Assembly (NCBI GenBank): GCA_963798085.1
Contig: CAWCRS010000002.1
Coordinates: 160,001 to 224,000, forward strand
Direction of reading: 5' to 3'
DNA: 64,000 bases
From: an uncultured Gemmatimonadales bacterium
GTDB lineage: Bacteria; Gemmatimonadota; Gemmatimonadetes; Longimicrobiales; RSA9
The notes below the pieces were generated by a model. It made no database searches. It was not told the origin of the DNA and saw nothing but the letters and a program-made list of their open reading frames with translations. Shown here piece after piece: positions 14,372-24,034 of the stretch. Position numbers and translations under genes: made by a program. The first letter of the stretch is position 1, and each line of letters starts with the position of its first letter.

Positions 14372-15157
14372 TCAACGTCCCTGGAAGCGCGCCGCACGCT
14401 TCTCCAGGAACGCCTGCATGCCTTCGCGCATGTCCTCCGTGCTCGCCAGCAGCCCGAACAGATCGGACTCCAGCCGCAGTGCGTTCTCCGTCGAGACGCT
14501 GGCCGCGTGATCCACGGACTCGAGTGCCAGTGCCAGTGCCACCGGCCCATTGGCCACGATGCGCGTCATGAGCGCGCTGGATTCGTCGCGCAGTGCCGCC
14601 GGCTCGACCACGCGATTCACAAGTCCGATGCGCCACGCCTCCTGCGCATCGATCATCTCGCCCGTGAGAATCAGCTCGAGCGCTCGACCGCGTCCCACCA
14701 CGCGCGGCAGCCGCACGGTCCCGCCATAGCCGGGGATAATCCCGAGTTTGACCTCCGGCAGGCCGAAGCGCGCGTTGCTCGAGGCCATGCGCAGGTGACA
14801 CGCCAGCGCCAGCTCCAGCCCGCCCCCCAGCGCGAACCCGTTCACCGCCGCCAGCACGGGCTTGCGCATCGTCTCCAGGAAGCGGAACGCGTCCTGGCCC
14901 TGGCGCGACACCTGCACGCCTGTTAGCGGGCCCATCGTGGCCAGCTCGCCAATGTCCGCGCCCGCCACGAACGCCTTCTCGCCGGCGCCCGTGAGGATGA
15001 CGCCACGCACGGCTGCATCCGCCGCCAGCGCGTGGAACGCCGCGCCCAGCTCGCCCACGATGGCCGCGTTCAGCGCGTTGAGCTTCTCCGGCCGGTTCAC
15101 CGTGACCCGCGCGATGCCGTCCGCAATCTCGACCCTGATCGCGTTGCCGTCCGTCAT
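14372..15157 (-). CDS. Enoyl-CoA hydratase (crotonase)
   Basis: NRPEKLNAL, AFVAGADI, GGGLELA and FGLPEVKLGIIPG. Confidence 0.92.
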   Translation of the reverse strand: MTDGNAIRVEIADGIARVTVNRPEKLNALNAAIVGELGAAFHALAADAAVRGVILTGAGEKAFVAGADIGELATMGPLTGVQVSRQGQDAFRFLETMRKPVLAAVNGFALGGGLELALACHLRMASSNARFGLPEVKLGIIPGYGGTVRLPRVVGRGRALELILTGEMIDAQEAWRIGLVNRVVEPAALRDESSALMTRIVANGPVALALALESVDHAASVSTENALRLESDLFGLLASTEDMREGMQAFLEKRAARFQGR

Positions 15158-15244
15158 GCTCGCCCACCGTTTCGGTTGTTGTCTGGAAATGTCGTGTTTA
15201 TCACGCGCCAGCCTGTCCGCCTCGCGCGCCCCCGGAAGCGCGCG

Positions 15245-17857
15245 TCAGCGCGCCCCGCCCGTGCCGCGCACGATGCCTTCGACAATGCGCGTGCGGTCGA
15301 ACCAGTGCGCCGCCGCGTCGCGGATGCGCTCGGGTGTCACCGCGCTGACGCGGGCTTCGAACTCACGGATCTCGCGGAGTCCCGACCCGAACATGAGCGC
15401 GGCGCCCAGCTCCGCCATGCGCGCGCCATTGCTCTGCAGCGCGATCTGGCGACTGCCGATCAGGTAGCTGCGCGCACGCACCACGTCGGCTTCGGGCAGC
15501 AGCGCCTCGGCCAGCCGGCACAGCTCCGCGACCAGTGCCTGCCTCGCCTCATCCTCGCGCTCCGGCGACGTAGCAATGTAAGCGACGAACGCGCCGGCGC
15601 GCGGCCATGCGAACGGATACGCCGCCACCGTGTACGCCAGCGACCGCCGGCTGCGCAGCTCCTCGAACAGCCTGCCACCCAATCCGCCTATGGCCGCCGA
15701 CAACACGCGCAGCGCATCCGCGTCCGGATGGTTGCGATCCGGTCCCGGGAACCCGAGCACCAGTGCCGTCTGAGCCGTGCGCCTCTCGATCACGTTCTGC
15801 CGGGGACCATCCGGCCAGCGGACTGGCGCGGGTGTGCCCGGTGTTTCGCTGCTCGCCCCCGCAAAGCGGGCCGCCACCATTTCTGCCGCCGCATCCGCAT
15901 CGACATCGCCCACGACCAGGACGAGTGGCGCGCGCTCCCGTACCACGCGCCCGTGCCAGTCTGCCATTGCGTCGCGTGCCGCATTGCGCAGAAACGATTC
16001 GATCGCCTGCAGCGATTGCCCGTAGGCATCGCCGGCGAATGCGGTCTCCAGGAAGAGGCGCTGCGGGAACCGGCCCATATCATCGCGCAGCAGCTGTATC
16101 TCGCTCAACGCAGCGCTTCGCTCGCGCTCCAGCTCGGCCTGCGGAAACACCGGCTCGTACACAATGTCCGCCAGCAGGCCCAGCCCTGCCTCCAGATGGC
16201 GGGACGGCAGGGAGAGCATCCATTGCAGCGTATCGGGCGCTACTGCCGGCAGCAGTGCGCCGCCCAGCGATTCGATCGCCTCCGCCAGCACCGCGGCCGA
16301 GCGCGTCGCCGTCCCCTTGATGGTCGTTCTCGCCATGAGCGACGTGAGTCCGGCGCTGGCCTCGTTTTCCTCGTTGCCGCCACCCGCGAAGCACACGGCC
16401 ACGGAGACCAGCGGCACTTCCCGCCTGGGCAGCACGACGGCGCGCAGGTTCGCCGCCTCGTAGAAGTGCACGCCGTCTTCTTCCAAACGTCCTGTTAGGG
16501 GACGACGACGCGCTTCCCGTGCCGGCGCCACTTCGTCCTCGGCCGGCGGCGTCCACGGCATCACTGCGCGCTGCGCGCTCCACGCGACGGCCGGCTCCGA
16601 CGCCGGCCGGTAGACCAGCACGGACGCGTGATCCGGATCCAGCCACTGCTGCAGCACGCGCGCCAGATCGTCGCGGCCCGCCGTCATCAGCTGGTCCCAG
16701 TACATCGCGAAGAGCCGCCAGTCGCCTTCCGCCTGCCATTCCGCGAGCAGCGACGCCTGGCCTTCCACCGTCTCGAAGCGGCGCACCATCCTCGCCTCGA
16801 AGATGTTGCGTGCCCGGTGCAGCTCGCGCAGCGTCGGCGGTTCAGCGCGCGCGGCCTGGAGCACACCAAGCGTCGCATCCAGCGCACGCTCCGCATCGGC
16901 GGGCGGCGTCACTGCGCTGATACCGAACACGCCCAGATCACGGGGCGAGTAATTGGACGCGCCGATCTCGGTCGCATGACCGCACTCGCGCACACCGCGG
17001 TACAGCCTCGCCGCCCGCCCCTGACCCAGTGCCGAGGCCGCCAGGTCCAGCAGTGCTGTGTCCGCGTGCAGCGCGCCGGGCGTGCGCCAGCCCCATTCCA
17101 CGTGCGTCTGCCGGATATCACCCGACAGGTCGCGGAACCGGAAGTCGTCGTGCGCGGGCTCCGGCGGTCCGGGCGTGCGCTCCGGCGGGTCCGCCGGCAT
17201 GTCGCCGTAGTACTGCTCGACCAGCGCGAACGTGTGCTCCGCCCGGACATCGCCGGCAATGCATAACACGATGTTTGGAGCGCGGTAGAGCTGCTGGTAG
17301 AAGCGCAGCACGTGCGCGCGCGTGAACCCCGACAGCACCGCCTCCGTGCCAATGCGCCAGCGGCGCATGCGGTGGGCATCGAACATGATCTCGTACAGGG
17401 TTTCCCGGGCCACGGCGCCCGGCGAGTCCAGCTTGCGCCTGGCCTCCTGAATGATCACGCGCAGCTCGCGCTCCAGCTCGCCCGCATCGATCACGGAATT
17501 GCGCAGCGCGTCCGACTGGATGTCCAGCGCCTGCTGCAGCGCGGCCGACGGCACCACCGTGTAGTAGGACGTGTGATCGTAGATGGTGCCGGCATTGAGG
17601 TACCCGCCCAGCGCCTTCGTTTCCCTGCCAATGTCGCCGGGACCCCGCCGGGCCGTGCCCTTGAAGAACATGTGCTCCAGCACGTGACTGATGCCGGCCA
17701 GCGCATCAGGCTCATCGAAGTAGCCGGCGTTCACGTGCGTCACCACCGCGACGACGGGCGCCCTGCGATCCTCCGCCACCAGCACGGTGAGACCGTTCGG
17801 CAGACGCCGCTCATGCACGACGGAGCGCAGCGGAAACCCGCGATCCCCGTCACTCAT
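15245..17857 (-). CDS. M16 family zinc peptidase (pitrilysin-like, two fused halves)
   Basis: LPNGL, HVLEH inverted zinc motif, RLFEELR. Confidence 0.9.
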   Translation of the reverse strand: MSDGDRGFPLRSVVHERRLPNGLTVLVAEDRRAPVVAVVTHVNAGYFDEPDALAGISHVLEHMFFKGTARRGPGDIGRETKALGGYLNAGTIYDHTSYYTVVPSAALQQALDIQSDALRNSVIDAGELERELRVIIQEARRKLDSPGAVARETLYEIMFDAHRMRRWRIGTEAVLSGFTRAHVLRFYQQLYRAPNIVLCIAGDVRAEHTFALVEQYYGDMPADPPERTPGPPEPAHDDFRFRDLSGDIRQTHVEWGWRTPGALHADTALLDLAASALGQGRAARLYRGVRECGHATEIGASNYSPRDLGVFGISAVTPPADAERALDATLGVLQAARAEPPTLRELHRARNIFEARMVRRFETVEGQASLLAEWQAEGDWRLFAMYWDQLMTAGRDDLARVLQQWLDPDHASVLVYRPASEPAVAWSAQRAVMPWTPPAEDEVAPAREARRRPLTGRLEEDGVHFYEAANLRAVVLPRREVPLVSVAVCFAGGGNEENEASAGLTSLMARTTIKGTATRSAAVLAEAIESLGGALLPAVAPDTLQWMLSLPSRHLEAGLGLLADIVYEPVFPQAELERERSAALSEIQLLRDDMGRFPQRLFLETAFAGDAYGQSLQAIESFLRNAARDAMADWHGRVVRERAPLVLVVGDVDADAAAEMVAARFAGASSETPGTPAPVRWPDGPRQNVIERRTAQTALVLGFPGPDRNHPDADALRVLSAAIGGLGGRLFEELRSRRSLAYTVAAYPFAWPRAGAFVAYIATSPEREDEARQALVAELCRLAEALLPEADVVRARSYLIGSRQIALQSNGARMAELGAALMFGSGLREIREFEARVSAVTPERIRDAAAHWFDRTRIVEGIVRGTGGAR

Positions 17858-17979
17858 TCCTTCGACCCGACCATATGTCTGACGCCTCGCTCGTTCGACA
17901 GTGCGCCCGAGGTTACGACCCACCCACCCGCCGCGGCAACCCGCGACGCGCAGGCCTCGTCCCACCTATATTCTTCCGC

Positions 17980-18768
17980 ATGAACCTGCCCGGCCCGCGA
18001 CCTCTCGTCGGTATGGTGCACCTGCTGCCGCTGCCCGGCGCGCCGCGCTGGGCCGGCTCCATGCGCACGGTCATCGATCGCGCACTCGCGGATGCCGGGC
18101 TGCTCGAGCAGGCCGGATTCCAGGCGCTGCTCATCGAGAACTTCGGCGATGCGCCGTTCTTCCCGTCGCGTGTGCCCGCCGAAACCGTGGCGGCCATGGG
18201 CGTGGTCATCCACGAGATCCGCCGCACCGTGCCGCTGCCCGCGGGCGTCAACGTGTTGCGCAACGACGCGCGCGCAGCGCTCGCCATTGCCGCGGCCACG
18301 GGCGCCGAGTTCATGCGCGTGAACGTGCACTCGGGCGCGCTGCTCACGGACCAGGGCTGGATTCGCGGACGCGCGTACCACACACTGCGCATGCGTGCCC
18401 GCCTCGGGCTGCAGTGCGGCATCGTCGCCAATGTCGCGGTCAAACACGCGATTCTGCCACCGGGCCACGACATCGCGGCCGAGGCACGCGACGCGCGCGA
18501 TCGCGGCCTGGCCAATGCGCTCATCGTGTCCGGGCCCGCCACAGGCCAGCCGCCTGATCCCGCGCACCTGCTCGCGGTGCGCCGTGCCACTGCGGGCACG
18601 CCCCTGTGGATCGGCAGTGGCCTCGACTGCGACAACGTGGCCAGCCTGCTGCCACTCTGCGATGGCGCCATAGTGGGCAGCACGCTGCAGAAAGACGGCG
18701 TCGCCGGAAGCGGCGTCGAGGCTGAGCGGGCGCAGCGCTTCATCAACGCCGTGCGCGCCCTCCCTTGA
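17980..18768 (+). CDS. BtpA/SgcQ family protein
   Basis: GMVHLLPLPG, ENFGDAPF, GVNVLRND, RVN and VKH. Confidence 0.92.
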   Translation: MNLPGPRPLVGMVHLLPLPGAPRWAGSMRTVIDRALADAGLLEQAGFQALLIENFGDAPFFPSRVPAETVAAMGVVIHEIRRTVPLPAGVNVLRNDARAALAIAAATGAEFMRVNVHSGALLTDQGWIRGRAYHTLRMRARLGLQCGIVANVAVKHAILPPGHDIAAEARDARDRGLANALIVSGPATGQPPDPAHLLAVRRATAGTPLWIGSGLDCDNVASLLPLCDGAIVGSTLQKDGVAGSGVEAERAQRFINAVRALP

Positions 18769-18838
18769 CCCACGACTCGCCTTGCCGTGCACGCGAGGCG
18801 CACGGCATCGTTCCGGTTCACTCGCTCGGAGAGCACGC

Positions 18839-19696
18839 ATGCTGGTTTACCTGAATGGCAGTTTCATTGACCACGCCGGGGCGCGCGTCTCCATTGACGA
18901 CCGCGGCTTCCTCTTTGCCGATGGCATCTATGAAGTGATCCGCGTGTACGGTGGCCGGCCGTTCCTCCCCGAGGATCACATCGGCCGCCTGCAGCGCGGC
19001 CTCGCCGCCATTCGCATTGACCCCGGCGCAGCGGAGGGCATCGTGCAGATCGCGGAGCGACTGCTCGCGGAGAATGAGCTGCGCGAACACAATGCCATCA
19101 TCTACATCCAGGTCACGCGCGGCGAGGCGCCTCGCAAGCACGCGTTTCCGGAGCCCGGCACGAAGCCGACCATCTACGTATCCACGAAACCGTTCCCGCG
19201 ACCGGCCGCCGAGCATTTCGCGCACGGCGTACCGGTCATCACCGTGCCCGACACGCGCTGGAGCCGCTGCGACATCAAGTCGGTGGCACTGCTGCCCAAT
19301 GTCCTCGCCAACCAGCAGGCGAAGGAGGCGGGCGCGTTCGAAGCCATATTCGTGCGCGACGGCGTGCTCATCGAAGCGTCCCATTCGAATTTCATGGGCG
19401 TGATCGGCGGTGCTGTGGTCACCTATCCGGAGTGCAACTACATACTCGGCGGCATCACGCGGCGCTTCGTGCTCGAGCTGGCAGGCGAACTCGGTATGCG
19501 CACGCGCGAGGCGCCGATTCTGCTCGAACGCTTCAATGACATCGAGGAGCTGTTCCTGACCGGAACCACCACGGAGATCATGCCCATTACACGTCTGGAT
19601 GGCAGGCCCGTGGGAGAAGGTCGAGTGGGTGAGATCGCGCGTCGCCTGCAGCAGGCCTACTACGAGGCCGCCCTCGCCGCCACGGCCGGGCGCTGA
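18839..19696 (+). CDS. dat: D-amino acid transaminase (class IV PLP aminotransferase)
   Basis: DRGFLFADGIYEV, RCDIKS..LLPNV and ILGGITR. Confidence 0.85.
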   Translation: MLVYLNGSFIDHAGARVSIDDRGFLFADGIYEVIRVYGGRPFLPEDHIGRLQRGLAAIRIDPGAAEGIVQIAERLLAENELREHNAIIYIQVTRGEAPRKHAFPEPGTKPTIYVSTKPFPRPAAEHFAHGVPVITVPDTRWSRCDIKSVALLPNVLANQQAKEAGAFEAIFVRDGVLIEASHSNFMGVIGGAVVTYPECNYILGGITRRFVLELAGELGMRTREAPILLERFNDIEELFLTGTTTEIMPITRLDGRPVGEGRVGEIARRLQQAYYEAALAATAGR

Positions 19697-19767
19697 CACG
19701 GAGCGCCATGGACGGGGCTCGTGACAATGGCTAATTTTCCGGCGTACTCCAACCGCGGCAGGAATCC

Positions 19768-20223
19768 ATGAGTCGTTCCCTGAACAAGGTCATGCTCATC
19801 GGCAACGTCGGCAACGAACCCGACGTGCGTACCGTGCCGTCCGGCGTGAAGGTGGCCAAGATCTCGCTTGCCACGAATCGTACGTGGAATGATCGCAACG
19901 GGCAGACCCAGGAAAAAACCGAGTGGCACCGGCTCAACTTCTGGGACCGGCTCGCCGACCTCGTCGAGCAGTACGTGCACAAGGGAGACCGCCTCTACGT
20001 CGAGGGACGCATCGAGTATTCGCAGTCCCAGGACGATCAGGGCAACGTCCGCTACTTCACCGACATTCGCGTCACCGAAATGGTGATGCTCGGCGGCCAG
20101 TCCGGCGGCGGCATGGCGGCAGGCATGGATTCCTCCGCGCCTCGCCGCGCGCGCCAGCCGGCTTCGCCTGCACCACAGGCCGCATCGCCATTCGATTCGG
20201 AGGATGACGACCTGCCGTTCTGA
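19768..20223 (+). CDS. ssb: Single-stranded DNA-binding protein
   Basis: LNKVMLIGN, TEWH and C-terminal DDDLPF. Confidence 0.97.
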   Translation: MSRSLNKVMLIGNVGNEPDVRTVPSGVKVAKISLATNRTWNDRNGQTQEKTEWHRLNFWDRLADLVEQYVHKGDRLYVEGRIEYSQSQDDQGNVRYFTDIRVTEMVMLGGQSGGGMAAGMDSSAPRRARQPASPAPQAASPFDSEDDDLPF

Positions 20224-20231
20224 AATGCGAA

Positions 20232-20254
20232 AGCCGGGTCCGTGCGACCCGGCT
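20232..20254. terminator. Hairpin between convergent genes
   Basis: AGCCGGGTC-cgtgc-GACCCGGCT. Confidence 0.55.
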
Positions 20255-20284
20255 CGTTCAGGTTCGGCGCCCGGCCGGCCTGCC

Positions 20285-20542
20285 TCAGGGCAGGGCCGGC
20301 CGTGACTTTGCCGCTTGCCTCTCCGGCGGCAACGGCACCTGCTCGATCACTTCCAGTTCCTCCGGCGCGAACACACGCGTCTCCTCTTCACCGTCGAGCA
20401 TCACACCGAGTCGGCTCGCCTCGTAGTCGCTGGCCCACACGACCGTGCCCATGCGCCCGATCAGCGCCGGATCCTGTGGAATCGTCGAAAACATCACACG
20501 CACCCGCGTGCCCTCTGGCAGACGCGCCATCTCGATCGCCAT
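20285..20542 (-). CDS. Small hypothetical protein (possibly SH3/KOW-like)
   Basis: GAGG RBS; 85 aa with a GTRVRV...GTVV..VMLD..F..EEL beta pattern. Confidence 0.55.
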   Translation of the reverse strand: MAIEMARLPEGTRVRVMFSTIPQDPALIGRMGTVVWASDYEASRLGVMLDGEEETRVFAPEELEVIEQVPLPPERQAAKSRPALP

Positions 20543-20656
20543 TACCTCATGCCTCCTTCGTGTCCGCCCGTCCGAGCCCTGCGCGTGAGCCTCTCTTGCA
20601 CCGGCTCCGACCCGGTCTATATTGCCGCCCGTCGCCACAACACAGGAATCGTGACC

Positions 20657-20893
20657 ATGGATTCGTCGCCGCCACAGAACACCGTCGCACTGGGCGCAGG
20701 CTTCGGCGTCGGCCTGCTCTGGCTGCTGATGTCCGCGACCTCGCTCTGGAGTTCGGTGCGCGGCTTCTCGAATCAGCGCTCCGACTGGGGCATCGCCTGG
20801 GGACTCGTCGGGATCCTGCTCGCCGCTGCCGGCATCGGCGCCATGGTCGGTACCTGGTGGAATCTCACACGCAACGTGGAAAGCGACCACTGA
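20657..20893 (+). CDS. Small two-TM membrane protein
   Basis: Two hydrophobic segments in 78 aa. Confidence 0.55.
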   Translation: MDSSPPQNTVALGAGFGVGLLWLLMSATSLWSSVRGFSNQRSDWGIAWGLVGILLAAAGIGAMVGTWWNLTRNVESDH

Positions 20894-20897
20894 AGCG

Positions 20898-21329
20898 TCA
20901 CGTCGCTTCTTTCCAGAAGCCCAGCAGCTCGTCGTCGTAGCGCCCGGGCGAGCGGCGATACGACGCGACCCACTCCTCGAAGTCCGGCAGCGGCACTGTA
21001 GACGCGAGTACTTCCGTCACGCGCTCCACGATCCAGCGAAACGACTCCACCGGCTCGGCATCGCGCGCCCATGGCGCAGCCGTATCCACTGCGGCCCCTG
21101 ATGCGACAATGGCGCCGCGCGGCACGGTTGTCCGTTCGCGCGACGCCTGCTGCGCAAGCTCGTAGATCTCGTCCGGCGTCAACTGAAGGAACCGCTCCGC
21201 GATTCGCGCTGAACACCAGTCGAGATACTTGGCTCGCAGAACCCGATCGTCACTGGCGCTCGGGCCAACGGCCCGCGCCCCATCCGAATCGGAGAATGAT
21301 CTCTCCACTCCAGGTGACGGTTTCGCCAT
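20898..21329 (-). CDS. Hypothetical protein (PLPxFExW domain)
   Basis: ORF shares a C-terminal motif with 22157-22903. Confidence 0.7.
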   Translation of the reverse strand: MAKPSPGVERSFSDSDGARAVGPSASDDRVLRAKYLDWCSARIAERFLQLTPDEIYELAQQASRERTTVPRGAIVASGAAVDTAAPWARDAEPVESFRWIVERVTEVLASTVPLPDFEEWVASYRRSPGRYDDELLGFWKEAT

Positions 21330-21420
21330 GGTGCCGGGGACGTCGGACCGCTCGACTCGCCCGACGTGACCGCCCCCGCCCATTGACTTCCTCTCAACCT
21401 GCCCCGCCCCACCTCCAGCG

Positions 21421-21621
21421 TCAAGCCTCGCCGGATCCCAGCCCCTCACGTTCCACAGCCTCTTCTCGCGCCGTCAGATGATCGAATATCGTTCGTCGCG
21501 CAACCGCGTATGTCAGTATCCGTGACAACATCTCCGGATCCCGACGCTGTACCTCCTCCACGGCCACCGCTACCGGCCTCGGTAGCTGCACACGCAGTTC
21601 GACGGCGCAAGTATCCCACAT
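21421..21621 (-). CDS. Small hypothetical protein, possible ribbon-helix-helix
   Basis: 66 aa with a VELRVQLP strand followed by two helices; promoter upstream. Confidence 0.55.
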   Translation of the reverse strand: MWDTCAVELRVQLPRPVAVAVEEVQRRDPEMLSRILTYAVARRTIFDHLTAREEAVEREGLGSGEA

Positions 21622-21734
21622 AGGCCTTCGCTCAGGACCTCTCTCGTGTTGTAGCTTGGTTGTTTATCGCAAGGTGGGCGGCGGCTCGATCCGATCGTCC
21701 GCGTCACCGCTTCGTTCGTCCGCAAGCGCCGCCC

Positions 21735-21763
21735 AAAATACGCGGCACACTCTCATGCGTCAA
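21735..21763 (-). promoter_or_regulatory. Sigma70-type promoter (leftward)
   Basis: TTGACG-N17-TATTTT on the minus strand. Confidence 0.55.
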
Positions 21764-22025
21764 GCGTTCTCGTAACCGCAACGCCTGTAACTCGTTACAC
21801 GTATCTCATTGCGACGACACAACTTGCAGCATCGCCCGCCCAGCCGCTGTGACACAAAAGTGCACTGTTCCTTGACTTGCGAAACGGATGGTTTGATGCA
21901 CCCAAACGCCCATGGGAACTCATACTTCACTCGCAGCAATGCACGAAAAACACATCGTGATGATGCCCGTGTTTCTGCAATTCCCGCGTTCGCGCGCACT
22001 GCGCGAATGCACGCAGATTCTGCGC

Positions 22026-22054
22026 TTGACGCTCCCCGGAGCAGCCATTACCGT
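22026..22054 (+). promoter_or_regulatory. Sigma70-type promoter (rightward)
   Basis: TTGACG-N17-TACCGT. Confidence 0.5.
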
Positions 22055-22156
22055 GGGACACGCTTGAGGGTGGTTGAGCGGATCTCACGGATCTCGACGA
22101 GAGCCGTCCTCGAGTCCGATCGATCGTTCCTCCGCTCGAGCCCGACGGAGGAATCG

Positions 22157-22903
22157 ATGCGCCCGCCGACGCATCCCGACAATCCCGCGACGACCCCGTT
22201 ACCGTATGGTCCCGAGGCCGGCATCACGCGTTCGCGTTGCCGGTCGTTCTGCTTTCTGGAAAAAGAAGGTGCGCGCTGGACCGCGTTCCTCATCACGTAT
22301 CAGCGCGTGGATGGGCACTGGCGAGGCTACTTCTCGTTCCGCGGCGCGTCCGACGCACAGGCTGAATTGTCCGAAGTGCGCACTGCGGATCTCTTCATCG
22401 AGCCTTCGGAAGAGGAAGTCGATGCGCGCGCGCGCGGCCTGGGCCGACCGCTGGTCATGGCGCTGCTGGAATCCGCGCTCGAGACCCAGGCGAAGCGGCG
22501 CGACGACTCACCCGACATGCAGCGCTGGTTCCGGGAGCTGCTGCGTCGCACATCAGCGGATCGACTGCGTTCCGGCGTGGTGCCGGACATCCCCGGCGGC
22601 GCACCGCTCTCCCTGCCGCAGCTGCGCTCGCTGTACGCATCGTACCGGCTGGACCAGGTGGCGCACCTCATCGCGCTGCTCGAGGCCGAGGACTTCCGCG
22701 AGCTCGTGGAATTGCGCCTCGAAGGCCGCCGCATCGATTTCCATTCACGCGACCGCTTTCAGCTCGCGATGACCATCGTACAGGACCTCGAGCGACGGCT
22801 GCCGCTGCCGCCCTTCGAGATCTGGGTGGAGGACTACCTCGCGCACCCTGAGGAGTACCGCCGTTATTCGCAGGTGCTGCATCGCGCCAGCGATCTGCCG
22901 TGA
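22157..22903 (+). CDS. Hypothetical protein (two domains; C-terminal PLPxFExW domain)
   Basis: GGAGG RBS before ATG 22157; coding-like composition. Confidence 0.75.
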   Translation: MRPPTHPDNPATTPLPYGPEAGITRSRCRSFCFLEKEGARWTAFLITYQRVDGHWRGYFSFRGASDAQAELSEVRTADLFIEPSEEEVDARARGLGRPLVMALLESALETQAKRRDDSPDMQRWFRELLRRTSADRLRSGVVPDIPGGAPLSLPQLRSLYASYRLDQVAHLIALLEAEDFRELVELRLEGRRIDFHSRDRFQLAMTIVQDLERRLPLPPFEIWVEDYLAHPEEYRRYSQVLHRASDLP

Positions 22904-22929
22904 GCGTGGCCAGAGCGCACGCACGCCGG

Positions 22930-24012
22930 ATGTTCACTGTGCTGAAGCCGGACCAGAAATGGCTGCTCGTGCTGCTGGTGTTCGTGCCCGGCGCGCTGTT
23001 GCTGCAGCTGCTTCACGCCAGCGGTCTGCTCATCTTCATTGCCTCCGCGATCGCGATCATTCCGCTGGCCGGCATCATGGGCCAGGCGACGGACAGGCTG
23101 GCGCAGCGTCTGGGCGAGGGCATCGGCGGGCTGCTCACTGCGACGTTCGGCAACGCCGCCGAGCTGATCATCGCCGTCTTCGCGCTGCGCGCCGGGTTGT
23201 ACAGCCTCGTGAAAGCCTCCATCACGGGATCCATCATCGGCAACATCCTGCTCGTGTTCGGCGCCAGCGCGTTCTACGGCGGATTGCGCTACCGGAAGCA
23301 GAGCTTCAATCCCGTGGCTGCATCACAGGGCACGACGATGCTGCTGCTGAGCACCATCGGCCTCGTGGTGCCCGCGATCTTCCATGTCATCGCGCGTGGC
23401 GAGCCCGGCACACCGGAGTCCACGTTGAGCACGGAGATCGCCATCGTCCTGCTGCTCACGTACATCGCCAGTCTGGTCTTCACGCTGAAGACGCATCGCT
23501 ATCTCTATCGCGGTCACGAGATCTCGCCCGAGCAGCGACCGTCGCTGCAGACGGCGTGGCGTGCGGGCCTCGTGCTGGCCGTAGCTACCATCGCCGTGGC
23601 CTTCATGAGCGAGCTGCTGGTGGAGACGGTGCGGGATGCAGCGGGATCGTTCCACATGAACGAGATCTTCGTGGGCGTGATCCTGGTCGCCATCATCGGC
23701 AATGCGGCCGAGCACTTCACCGCCCTGATCATGGCGGGCCGGAACCGCATGGACATCGCCATCAACATCGCGGTGGGCTCGTCCATCCAGATTGCGCTGT
23801 TCGTGGCGCCGCTGCTGGTGCTGCTCAGCTACTTCATCGCGCCCCAGCCGATGGATCTGATCTTCTCGACGTTCGAGGTGCTGTCCGTCGCCATTGCGGT
23901 GGGCATCATGGCTTTCACCGTGCAGGACGGTGAAAGCCACTGGATGGAAGGGGTGCAGCTGCTTGCGGTCTACCTGATCCTGGGACTCGCGTTCTTCTTC
24001 CTGCCCGTGTGA
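22930..24012 (+). CDS. chaA: Ca2+/H+ antiporter (CAX/ChaA)
   Basis: Two GNAAE repeats, GSIIGNILL and GSSIQIALF. Confidence 0.92.
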   Translation: MFTVLKPDQKWLLVLLVFVPGALLLQLLHASGLLIFIASAIAIIPLAGIMGQATDRLAQRLGEGIGGLLTATFGNAAELIIAVFALRAGLYSLVKASITGSIIGNILLVFGASAFYGGLRYRKQSFNPVAASQGTTMLLLSTIGLVVPAIFHVIARGEPGTPESTLSTEIAIVLLLTYIASLVFTLKTHRYLYRGHEISPEQRPSLQTAWRAGLVLAVATIAVAFMSELLVETVRDAAGSFHMNEIFVGVILVAIIGNAAEHFTALIMAGRNRMDIAINIAVGSSIQIALFVAPLLVLLSYFIAPQPMDLIFSTFEVLSVAIAVGIMAFTVQDGESHWMEGVQLLAVYLILGLAFFFLPV

Positions 24013-24034
24013 CCCGAACAGCCTGTTAGAGCCC

